64,000 nucleotides of DNA from Bugula neritina (taxonomy: Eukaryota; Animalia; Bryozoa), in the NCBI GenBank assembly GCA_964035545.1, contig OZ037765.1, positions 22,691,504 to 22,755,503 on the forward strand, in the 5' to 3' direction. The notes under the pieces were generated by a model. The model was not told the origin of the DNA. It saw only the letters and a list, made by a program, of their open reading frames with translations, and ran no database searches. Shown here piece by piece: positions 15,201-26,500 of this stretch (positions are counted from its first letter, which is position 1; every line of letters begins with the position of its first letter). The position numbers and the translations under genes were made by a program.

Positions 15201-18200
15201 TTATTATTATAGTAGCATTCCATGTTATTACAGTTGCTCGGTCTTTTGTGAACCATCCACGCAAGTTCTTGTAATACTGTGATAACGTACCACCACCTTC
15301 ATCAGGTAAGGTCTATAATAACAATATACAGTACATACACATGATAACTAAGAATGTGTTCCCATAATTGAAAGTGTTATAAACAATAATTTAAAACTAT
15401 TAGGTAGACCACAACATATATATGATAACTGTTATTTTGAGATTAACAAAATTTAACTAACGAATTGATTCAAGCAAGTATCTAGAGCTGCAGAATAAAA
15501 TTTACACAATTTCGTTTTTATATATTAAACCATGTTGGAAATTAAAAGCTAAATTAACACAATTAGTTGGTAGCTAAGGATATTTTTAGAAAAAACTTGT
15601 TCACAATAGACCCTTTTCCAATATCTCTATTACTCAGTTTGTAATTAAGAGTTGTGTCTCCATAGCAGGTATATACTTTAACCTTATTACATAGCACTGG
15701 TCTTATTAATAATTTAAAGTTTGACTGCTACATAAAATCCAAACTATGCTATAAGCTAGTTCTTTCAGAAAAAAAAATATTTTGGTAGTAGCAAACATAT
15801 TAGTATCTCAAAAATATATTCAATAGTATTTCTTCAAAGTAAATTTTTAAAAAATGAACTTGAAAGAATTTTTGTGGTCATTTGTTTATTGAGAAGTGCT
15901 GCAGTGGGAGCCAGGATATAAATTTCATCAATTCTTCAGTGTGCTAACAGTCACCAATCTGAATAACCGAAGCTTGCTTAAAGAATTCCTGACACACTTT
16001 ACTTATATAGCATGAAAATATTCATCTATGTCTTAGCTATTATTTTAACACTCTTTTAGGGTTTCAGGTTTAAACAATTTTGTTTTATAACAATTTTAGT
16101 GCATGCATGTCCAAAAAACTTTGAGAATTTTTTTCGCCTTTCTGTGACGTATTACACCGCAGTTGCGAGAAATAGATGGAAATGCCGCCTGTAAGACATT
16201 CGGAAAATAAGTATAGGCTATATTTTCCGTTGCATGTAACCTTAGTTTTAGCATTTTTAATTTATCGGACGTCTGTCTAGCCCCCCAATTAGTGTTTTTT
16301 TGTGGAATTTAGGTTTTATTTCATAAACAAATTTCGCGGCAATAAATACATAGCTACCAACTTTAACTTACCGTGTCCGAGTCTGTGCAGTGTAATTGTG
16401 ATAAAGTTAAACCTAATACAGAAATAACATAAATACGATATCAATATGAACATATCTGGCTCTGACGAAGAATACTTAGAGCACAGTGAGAATCGCAATA
16501 AGTATGACTATGACAATCACACTCACGCTGTCACTGAGATTTCTGAAGTAATGCCTAACGGGCTAATGGGCTATCAGTTTGAGCCGTTTACGTATCAAGA
16601 TGAAAATGGAGATGATAGTCATGACAAGGATTTTAATTTTACTGATGAGCAACAGGTGATAATATTTATAATTTTACAGTACCAGTACGATTTAATTTTA
16701 TAAACTATAGTGTTACTAATAGTAGTACTAATACCGTAATACTAATAGTAATACTAATAGTAATACTTTAACTTTAAGTTTATAAGTATAAGCTAGTATA
16801 AGTTATAAATTATTATAATTATAATATTGAATTTTCATTTTGTAATCGTAATGCCAATGCTCAATGCCAATGCTCGTATTGATCCTGGCTTAATTAGTTA
16901 ATATAGCTGAGTTTTGTGCTACTAAAGCTTTAGAGCAAGCATGATATCAAATTACAAGCTAAATATTTGATGATTGCTATCAGTTTATATAATATTATTA
17001 ATAATAAAGTGATAATCATTAAATTTAATGATTACAAATTCCAGTCAAGTAATTAAATATTTGATCAATACTAATTTTGTTATTACTACTACCAATACAA
17101 GTATTAGTATTAATTATTTGTAGTTAGATTTACCTGATAATTTAAGTCAAGGGAAAGACTGTATTTTTATAAATGCATAATAATGATAATTATTATTCAC
17201 TTTTATTGTAATTGTGGTTATACCGATCCTTAACAAAATAAGTTAATCACATACATAATCATATCAAACTTGCATTCACGATGATAGTATTTAGTATTTT
17301 ATTTCTAAGCCCCCTATTTCTCTGAATTTCTGCTTTTATAGTATAACATATAGTACTAACAACAATAAAATATTTTAAAATTCCTGAAAATTAGTTTATT
17401 TCATAGCAAAAATTATGAGTTTGTTTTAATATAAAAAATCTAATTAATTTTTAACTATAAATATAAAAATAGTTTGAACAGTAATGCAAACTTGGAATAT
17501 TTTAAAACCCATGATTTTAAAGTATTTTCAAACTTCAGCCTCATTGGACTCAATTTTCAATACAAAGAAAAATACAGGAAACAAATTTAGACACAGTAAT
17601 TAATGGACTTAATGTGGATGATACTGGTAATAACGTTTTTAGAAAAGCTTGTTTGTTTTGTAGAAAAATATAAGGCCAGCCACGGAGTGGTGCACTTGCC
17701 ACCGCTGCCAAAATCAGCCTACAGTGGAACAGTCTGTTTGTTGCCGTGATCATGCTGCAAACCTTCGATTAGATAGCAGCATGGAATGTATAACACAGCA
17801 CCCGGGAGTACAGCAATTGACGCAACCAGCTGTATTAGAAGTTGCATACAGCAGCTACCTGAGATATCATGGTTAGTCAATTGCTACTGTATATTAGTAA
17901 CTGTCATTGTTAGTTTTTCTAGATAGTCTTACTTGATTATTTAGCCAATCATTTATTTTGGTAGATGATTTGTTTGATGAGAAGGCCCATTCTCTCAACA
18001 CTAAAAATAGGTTCTGCAGCTACCGGTTTTTGGTGTTCTGGCTGTTTCCAGATGTTAAAAAAGGTGAGAGACGCCCTTTACCAGCTTGCTTATATGATTG
18101 GGTGCAAGCTACATTCCCCCCAACTGATGATGAGGAAGAATTTGCTGAATGGATGTTCAGCAAATTCGTGTACAATGAAGATTTATGAACATTAACACTC

Positions 18201-20980
18201 TGGTGATTTTTAGTAGCAGTCAGTTGCTACTGCCTCTTGTAGTGTGTACAGCTTACTATGAGAATAAACCTCATTATTTGCAATCTCCCTGACCTTTGAA
18301 ATTAATTTACCGTTGAGTTTGAGTTGCAATAATGGTGAATATACTTCAATATGGTGACTATTTTTGCGCTGAACTTTTCAAGTGACTCTAAGATCATATT
18401 CTACAATGCTTGAATTTTGATTCAACAAATAGAATTTACTTCACTACTTAGTTATGTAGAGCAATCAGGTATTGCAATATTCCTAGTACACTAGAATACC
18501 TTATGCAATGTAATATAATATAATATAACAATATTGTTTTTATGAAACTTTGTGACATAGTATAACTTTTTACATATTTTTACCAATATATTGTTTTATT
18601 TATTGCTATTTATTGTTTTCACATTGCTATTTATGGCTCTAATAAAGTACCAACAAAACCAAATATACAGCTGCTCTACAGTGAAAACGAATATCTACAT
18701 TTCAATGGAAACTGAGACTACAAGTAGATATATTGTCCAAATTTATTTTTGACACACCTTGAGGTGGAAAATTAAAAATATTATTTCCATTACACAAAAA
18801 TATTTGTTTTTTTGTTGCATTAGAACATGCATTTTAAATAAAAATAAATATGGAGAAAAGCTATGAATTCAGTTTTTGAGCTAAGTGAACAATACTATTT
18901 CGCCATATTTCTATATACCAGCATTGAACAGCTTTGCTTCTAATCTTTTTCTGCATCCTTTTAGGTGTTTGCACATATTTATTGTGTCCTATTCCTTTCT
19001 GTAGGCCCTTCTTTTCTGGCTTAAGATTGAGAGCTGGTTTTTTAGTTTGACTTGGCAAAGCTCTAAAATATTATTATATATGAAGGTAAATGGAAAAGTA
19101 TTATTGAAACAGCTGCAGAAAATCTCAATTGCTATCTATATCATATTTCAATTTCATTGCTCAAGATCGCATTTTCAATATTATAATCCTTACAGAAAAC
19201 CAGGGTCTGATCTTTTTAACCAACGAGCTTCTTTAGGTGTGATAGTGGCCGCCTGCTGACTTTGTTTCGGAGGAGTTAATGGAGTGCATCCAGTTGCACC
19301 CTCAGTTTCCACTAAATGAATAGTTGGGACTGCTGTTTTCTCTAAATGCAATCTAAAGAGTAAATCAAAGACAATGAATTTTTATTCTTTCAATAAGCTA
19401 AGTGAACAATATTTACCATTAATTTTTACTGGTATTGATGATGGGCACCATTACCAGTATCATACTCATAGCATGAGTATCAGTGCGTATGAATCATAAT
19501 ATTAATGGTATGTATCCAAGTGACTATGACACATTCTGATAATCATAAGTCTTTCATATTATCGCCATTATAAATGAATTTCCTTACAATAATGGTTATC
19601 GTGTAAATCATAAATGCAAACTTGTACTTGCAAGTTTATGTCATAGTCACATGAAATTGAATCAACACGGTCATGACAATCTTATTGACTTATACCAACT
19701 TGTAGTAATACTTAATAGTTATAGTTATACTTATTGTTGAAAATCAACATTAAAAAAACTATCATTATCGTCTAATTCTATCACAATCACTAAGTCAGTA
19801 TCACTATGAGTTTGAGTGAGTTATTCACTTACATGTTAATGAGTTTTGCTTTATACATGCCCATATTTGTAAATTGTTCATCACCAAAATGCTGAAAACA
19901 CAAACGAGAGTTGTTATCAGGCAGAAAGTTTTTTCTTTTTGTATTGACAAACTTGGTCTATTTTTCACCACACACAGTATCAGCAGGCCATTTAAACATG
20001 TGTTTTTCCTTGTACGAACACATTGCAGCTTCACACACTCTTCTTTTGCATTTGCCTTTAGAACTTGAAGCCATTCGTGTAGTCATGTCGACAGTAAGTG
20101 CAAGTGTAACTAGTAATATAGGTAGTAAGTTTGTTCATTAGAGTCCAATGGCAATATGAATATGAAATCGAATTTATATAGATAGCAAGCGACTACTACT
20201 AGTAGTAGTACTACTAGGCACAGGTTATATTGGTAATATCCGGTTACGGTAATGATAATCTATTTGGAAGCGTAATAATTTACATAATTGAATATGCAAT
20301 TATTTGTCATGTTTTATAGAAAAGTTTGCCACTCGTTGGATTTAGCTAATTTCTTTTTTAACAATATCGTGTTATCACCGTACTTAGCCACCCGTTCTAA
20401 TTACATCGTGAGGGTGAGGCTATTTCATTTTTCCGATGCTCAAAATTTCTAACGGAAGTAACTTTAGCTCCTAATATCAATAATAAAATGGTATCATTTG
20501 TTTTTTTCATTGAGCATTAGTTGTACTCTGTGTTTTAAAATTTATGTCAGTGTAGTGATTTATCTGTGTGTTGCAGTGGCTAAAAATAACACGCTGCGAA
20601 AGTATGCAATTATTACTATTAGTTATATAGTAACTAGGACTCGAAGCAGACCGGAAACCGGCGTAATACGTGTGCACTGAGAGCTTAGAAATTCGAAAGT
20701 TTTTTGGACATGCATGCACTAAACTTGTTATAAAATGAAATAGTATAGCCATCCACCCTTAAAGGGATGCTTAATTGATAGCTAAGATATAGATGAATAT
20801 TTTTATGCTATATAAGTAAAGTGTGTCAGGGATTCTTTAAGGTATGTACCTGCTAAAGAGGCACAACTCTCAATTATAAATTGAATACTAGAGACATTAG
20901 AAAAAATATTGCTAACAATTCAATTGCTTCAGTTGTGAAAGTTGCCTCATACCAACCTGTAGAGTGGAGTCTGATGACAT
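6203..20980 (-). CDS. BSCL2: Seipin (lipid-droplet biogenesis ER membrane protein), ~366 aa
   Basis: Model complement(join(20957..20980,15082..15312,7973..8167,6203..6853)), all introns phase 0 GT-AG. TM1 is followed by FIYGTFYYVYIP. Luminal motifs are GQSYNVELELDMPDSDVNQMAGTFMV, SSRLLMLKYRSWLLKILDTL and IYNAQLVLKAQFRGLKYYMYNWP, then TM2. The 8-codon first exon (MSSDSTLQ) is the least certain part. Confidence 0.9.
7255..7361. mobile_element. Small MITE-like element in seipin intron
   Basis: 10-bp terminal inverted repeats tagtccggtc ... gaccggacta around a non-coding interior. Confidence 0.35.
7583..7933. repeat. Two related ~105-bp fold-back (hairpin) elements, ~7583-7686 and ~7830-7933
   Basis: gctggaagcagcactgagttgg... 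pairs with ...ccgacgcagtgctgcttctagc, and tagaggcagcacaaagtttgg... pairs with ...ccaaactttgtgctgcatcta. Both start with a similar gaRgcagcac motif. Confidence 0.55.
9254..9597. mobile_element. PIF/Harbinger-type (Tourist-like) MITE, 344 bp
   Basis: ~70-bp near-perfect TIRs (gcctagggccacacggtgcgtattttcgcatgcgaaaattgaaa...), flanked by TTA on both sides (9251-9253, 9598-9600). Confidence 0.8.
12669..14870. mobile_element. Cluster of three copies of a ~780-bp non-autonomous TIR element (CAC...GTG ends, GATC-rich subterminal repeats; CACTA/EnSpm-like)
   Basis: Copy 1 is 12669-13452 (caccggctttccatg ... catggaaagcccgtg), flanked by AAT/AAT. Copy 2 is inverted at 13456-14231. Copy 3 is 5'-truncated at 14232-14870. 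Many agatcgatct motifs lie near the ends. Confidence 0.8.
16446..18188 (+). CDS. KolX / P2X7 cytoplasmic-ballast-like Cys-rich protein (transposon accessory gene), ~232 aa
   Basis: Model join(16446..16655,17539..17595,17664..17871,17965..18188) is open throughout. Motifs are GYQFEP, WCTCHRC..PT.EQSVCC, CITQHP, NRFCSYRFLVFW, KGERRPLPAC and VQATFP, typical of P2RX7-C-terminal-like proteins. Exon 2 boundaries are tentative. Confidence 0.75.
18861..20086 (-). pseudogene. THAP zinc-finger transposase remnant
   Basis: Exons are 19833..20086, 19194..19352 and ~18918..19062. They read CEAAMC...FKWP...EK*TKFV...LCFQHF...F and LEKTAVPTI. The conserved THAP Trp codon is TAG at 19958-19960, and no intact DDE domain is visible downstream. 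Confidence 0.75.
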
Positions 20981-23591
20981 CACTTGCAGGGTTTTGTCTA
21001 ATGACAGAATATATTATCACCTGAAAAAAATAAGTGACAATAATATCTGTGAGATATCTGGCAGCAACTTATCATGTAAATAGTGATGGAAAACTAAGTA
21101 ATTCAATAGTGTTAAACTATTATTAATAAAAAGTCTCAGATATCTACTGTAAAGTTAGAAATAAAAAGCAAACTTGCGTCATAAATTAATTTCACTTATT
21201 ATAAAGACCTTGACATAATATTTAAAATAAATATAATAATTATTATTATAATATGAGAATTTTGATAATCATTATATTATTATTAGCAATACTCAGACTG
21301 ATAATGGCACTCTCAATCTGATAGCAAGACAAATACTAATAGTAATAAAAATCATTACATGTGAAAATAATTATTATAGTTATAACTATAAGTTACAGCA
21401 ATACCTATAGGCTATACTTTATACTTATACTAGAACTAAAAGTAAAAGTAATACTAAATATAATACTAACAGTAATAGGCATAGTTATACCAATTAAAGT
21501 ATATTAATATACTAATAGTAATATACTAATAGTAATATACTAATAGATAATAGTTATAGTAATTATAGTTATAAAGTTATATTGCTAATATTACTATTAC
21601 ACTCACCAAATTAATAAATTATAGTGATAGTCATAGTTATAACTTATACTTATAGTTATAGTAATACTAATAGTACTAATGCCTACTAATACTCTTAGTC
21701 TTACTGTACAACTAAAACTAAAAGTGTTACACTTGTGACTTACACTTAGTCTTAGTCTTACTCGTACTCTTACAGTTACAGGTAATGTAACACTTACTCA
21801 TACGAAGCAACCCTTACTGTTGGCAATTAATCAACTTTAATAGTTACACGTAGTCTTACTCTTACTATTAGTAATACTGTATTATTATTATTATTACTAG
21901 TATTAATATTACTATTACTATTAGTATTAGTAAGAGTAAGACTAACACTAACAGTAACACTAACACTAACAGTATGAGTAACTCAAACTGTAAGTCCAAC
22001 AGTAAGTGTAACTGAAAATAAAAAGAATAAATGAGCATAAATTAAAATGATACCGTAGAACTAGACAGCAGTATGCAAAAGCAGCATTTTAAATATCAGC
22101 CGTTCAAAGGCTGGCTTAAAAGTAATCATTCATGAGTGACTTGCAACCATCAGTTTGAGTTTTGCGACTGAGCGACCAGTTGTGTACAAAGGGTTAAAGG
22201 TTAATAAATAATTATTATTATCACTCCGACACTGGTACGATACGGTACGCCGTACGGACCGACAAATTTAGTGTGAACTTTAACCCTTTGGCAAATTGAA
22301 ACGCTATGTGTAAAAAAAGGTGGAGTTTTCATTTGCGTAGTGGGATTTTCCAGAACTTTTAGCACGAATTTCAACTTGCATCATAGGAAATTAGAGGCCC
22401 AACTAATAACCTTCGCATAAAAGCTAAGTTATTTTGCTAAACTTAGCTACGATTTACTGTCGAGTGTTTACTCATACTGATTGCAAATTTTCTTCTATTT
22501 CAGTATTTAGTTTTACAACTTGTTGTTTTGTGCAAGAATTAAAAGCTGTGCTGTATGAGCAAGTCTGTTTAAGAATTGATTAAAAATCTTGTTAACAAGT
22601 TGTGTAGTGAACGGCGTTTCTTACTTTCTGAGGTAAAACTCACTAAAAGTAAAACTCCAATTACTTGAAGTTGAATAATAATTAACTCCTAAGTATTCAT
22701 TTTGAATATTGCTTACTGTTGCGGTCCTTGATTTTTAAAGTACTTTGCTAAAAAATATTCTAAAAACTAGTTATTTTAATTCATCAAAAATTATCAAAGG
22801 CATCAAATTCAATGAATTTATTCACTGTGAATAATTGTGTCAATTATTTATAATACGCCTACAAATTCTTAAAAAAAGTTACAAAGGTTTCCAGTTTTTA
22901 ACCTTGTAGATATGACACGACTCTACACAATAAGTTGGTTTACTTGAAGCTGCATGTATAGTTTAGTCTGACAAGAATGACTGCATAATTAAACTAGTTT
23001 AAAAATCTGACTTGAGAGAGTGTTTAATAAAAATAATATGATACATGTACTGCAATATTAGTAATTAAACTAAATCAAGTCATACTGTTGTAAAGGAAAT
23101 TTGTTGTGAACTAATAAAGAGGCATACAATGAAAAGTTGTTAAAAGCCGCCATAAAATATGAAACAAAAACAGTGTCCTAGTCTGTAGCCCATGGCATTG
23201 ATTCAACTAGCTAGGAAGACGAGGAAAATTAGTCTACTGCAGCCAAATATAAGAGTAATATAAGAATTGTTAGATAAGACCTCGAATTATAATAAAGTTT
23301 CTACTAGTAAACAAAAGCAAAGCAAAACAATAGCATAAAAATTGAAATTCTGATGCAGGAAGCAATGATGATACCATATGATGTGATGTCAAAATGAAGC
23401 ATTGAGTTCACTACCTTGCAGTGTCATTCACAAAGACACATCGCAACGTCATATCACGACGACACATCGCAATAACACACTGAAAGGACATGTCATAATA
23501 ACGTATCTAAAATGGAAAAACTGCATACATTAGTTATTAGTATATAAAACAGAGATTTTACGAATGTGTGTCACTTTCTGCATCGACTAAT

Positions 23592-26500
23592 CTAGGAGTC
23601 ATAATCCCTCTGAATACCATTAAACCTTGGAAACAGGTAAAGTTTTCTCATATGAGTGAGAGTATCCCAGACTACAACCAACTGTCCTCCACTCTCTAGA
23701 TTTCTATCTATACACAATTTTCTCACTTTAGTCTGTACCTGAACAAAGAGGAAAATCTCACTATTTATACCTCACTATACTATTTATATTCTCCCTCTAC
23801 CCGAACAGGACGGAGCGGAGATAGGTGAGAAAAAAAAATCAAATTATATTCTGAATGACCAACGCCTAACACAAAAACATCTTTACTATGACTCATAAAA
23901 ATGGTGAACATTTTTAAACGAATTATCCATAAAGTCACATATAAAACTTGGTGTTGACAAAAAGAAAGCAGACACAATCTAACCGGCAAGTAAAAGTTAT
24001 ATCACATGACTGATAATAGAGACGGGTAACACCTCTATTATTAATACATTATTACAAAAACAAATTAAAAGTTAGATAATTGAAGAGAGTTAATCATAAA
24101 ATCAATCCTTTGCAAGCAGCAGATATTACTTTGAGCCATTTTCAATTTGATGGACACTTCACTTTTTCATGTCTATAATTCTAATAAAAGGTAACCAAAT
24201 TATTAATGTTAGACTTACCTGCTTGAATAGAGTGTGAAGATCATGGTGACAGGCATGTTTATACATAGAAGATACAAGAGCTCTAATCATTAGAGATCCA
24301 TACCCAGGGTGAATCTTTGATATGAATGCTACAAAAAAACACAGAGTATCGTATGGCATATTCCAAACAGTATATAACTGTACATTACACACAGTATAGT
24401 ACTGTATATTACGCACAATATAATATTGTACTGGATTTTAACGCTCTAGTAGTTATATCGTGTCATTATTATAATTGACTTAGCGTAACTTTCTAAATAC
24501 TGATTAGCTGTTGTAATTATAACTAAGCTCTTAGCGTAATGATTTTGAATTGCCTTCCTATTTTTATTGTTTGTTTTTAAGTTACTGTAATAGTTTTTGG
24601 AGTTATGTTATGTTGAGATATATAAATAAGTATGTGAGCCGAAGCTCGTCCGAAGTCGGAGCCGAAGGCACGATGTCGGAAGGACTCTGTCCGAGATCGG
24701 GCAGAGTCCTTCCGACATCGTGCCTTCGGCTCTGAACTTCGTACGAGCTTCGGACCCCCACCAGTGGCAGGAATTTTTGCAGTATATAAGTGCGAGTTTT
24801 TCCAGTCTAAATCAGTACTGCACTGGAGCTGATACATGAAGGAACCAATAAAGACTACTAATTACAATTTATCAAAGACTCTTTATTCAAGAATAATAAT
24901 TGGCATGCAGACTACTTAGTCTATTTTCATACAACCCGCAAAATCATAACAATATTGTATTGTGTTACTTACACTCCATGCTAGATTTCACTACCAGCAG
25001 GTCATCATAATTCAGTCTAGTCATAGCCTTAGCATCTTTGTCTCCGGGAACTTTAGCAAGTTGAAGTGAGATACTTTGCGTCTCTTTCTTTTGAGGTTCC
25101 CCGATATCAAATCTGTCTACACCTCTTTCACCGTAATCACTCCTCTCTGTAACATAGATTGCACAACTTTTTGTTTACTTGAAATAATGAGTAGTCAATA
25201 ATGTCTAATATGAAAAAATTAGACTACTAAAAATTGAATATAAGTTACCTAACATACTTTGAATGCCAACTATCAGAACAGGCAACTATAGGGTAACCAC
25301 AAATAATCTTTAAAATATTACCTCCACTACACACTTCCAGTATAACAACCTTTGGTTTGCCAGCCATTCCTGTGAAGTTCAAAGGGGTCAGAAGGTCATA
25401 CACATCTGTTAGTTTGACTCGTTTCAGGTCTGTACCACATATGTGGTTGTCCAGCCCTCCATGAGTCATTATAACCAACACATGACACCCCAGATCTTTG
25501 TGTTCCTCCTTTTCTACCTCAGATTTCACAGCAGACAGCATTTCCTACAAATTACCAGAAAGCAAAATATTGAAGAAAGAAGTCATATATTCTAGTCCTA
25601 TTTCTATATCCTGAATTCATTTCAATAAACCACTATTAATGCTGATAGTAATAATAATACTGTTTTGATTTGTTTACTTTAGAAACTTGGTATGCTAGCT
25701 AATGTTTATTCAAAATGTTAAACAACGCAGTTTAGTGTTGTTGGATTAACTTTCCTTAAGTTGAGACCTCAAAATGTAGAAAATAGTAAACCCCAAAACA
25801 TTACTTTGATATTATATAGCCAGATATTTTGATGTACTTTTTAACCTCTAGCAGAGAGAGTCACACTTAATTTAAGTAAAGCAGCAGCAAAAAATACCTC
25901 TGCCTTCAGGTCTGTGTGTGTCACAACATCAAACTTAAGAGTTTTCAACATGGCAGACATATTCTCAACGTCCACATCTGAACCTTTCCTACACAAATCT
26001 GGTCTCTTAACAAAGTTCATGTTGTTTATTATCAGAGCTCTTCCTCTCTTTCTAGTCATATTAAACACCTATATAACAGAGAAATACTTGTAACTTCTGA
26101 ACTGTGCGCTAAAACTACACATAGTAAAAGAAACTCACGCAAGAGAACCCTTGATGGAAAAGATTTTTGTAAAATCGGGCTAAGGACTTATTCAGATGAG
26201 ACACAGGAGCAATTACGACTGGATGCTCTTCTTAAAATTAGCAATGGCATTTCTTGTGGGGTTCGAACCCATGACTTGGTGTTTACTAAGCAAGCACGCC
26301 ATGGTCTAGGGGTCTAAACTACAGATAGTAAAATTAGGGAATACTACCATTAGATAGGATCACCTTATCAGTGTTTGAGAACAGCTGTTTTATTTTTGGG
26401 TTAATTGTTGGATTTAGTCTAAGTCTTATAAACTTCATTTCTTCAACTTCCTTTTCATCAGGGTACAGATTGTCATCATTATCAGAGAGATCACTCAGAT

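Larger units (their letters stand above)
15982..20836. mobile_element. Kolobok-like DNA transposon (4855 bp) in seipin intron 1
   Basis: TTAA target-site duplication at 15978-15981 and 20837-20840. Termini are AG...CT with ~150-bp imperfect TIRs (agaattcctgacacacttt... / ...aaagtgtgtcagggattct). It carries convergent KolX-like and THAP-domain genes. Confidence 0.8.
15614..20904. mobile_element. Older degenerate TIR element into which the Kolobok-like element is nested
   Basis: 15614-15676 is the approximate reverse complement of 20842-20904. Related sequence also occurs at ~34100-34277. Confidence 0.55.

Noticed and set aside
21400-22000. tagtaatact/ttact-rich tracts (also ~16710-16770 and ~37200-37380)
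   Set aside because: Low-complexity sequence without a consistent unit or coding signal. It lies near probable 5' ends of genes, but I cannot support a function.
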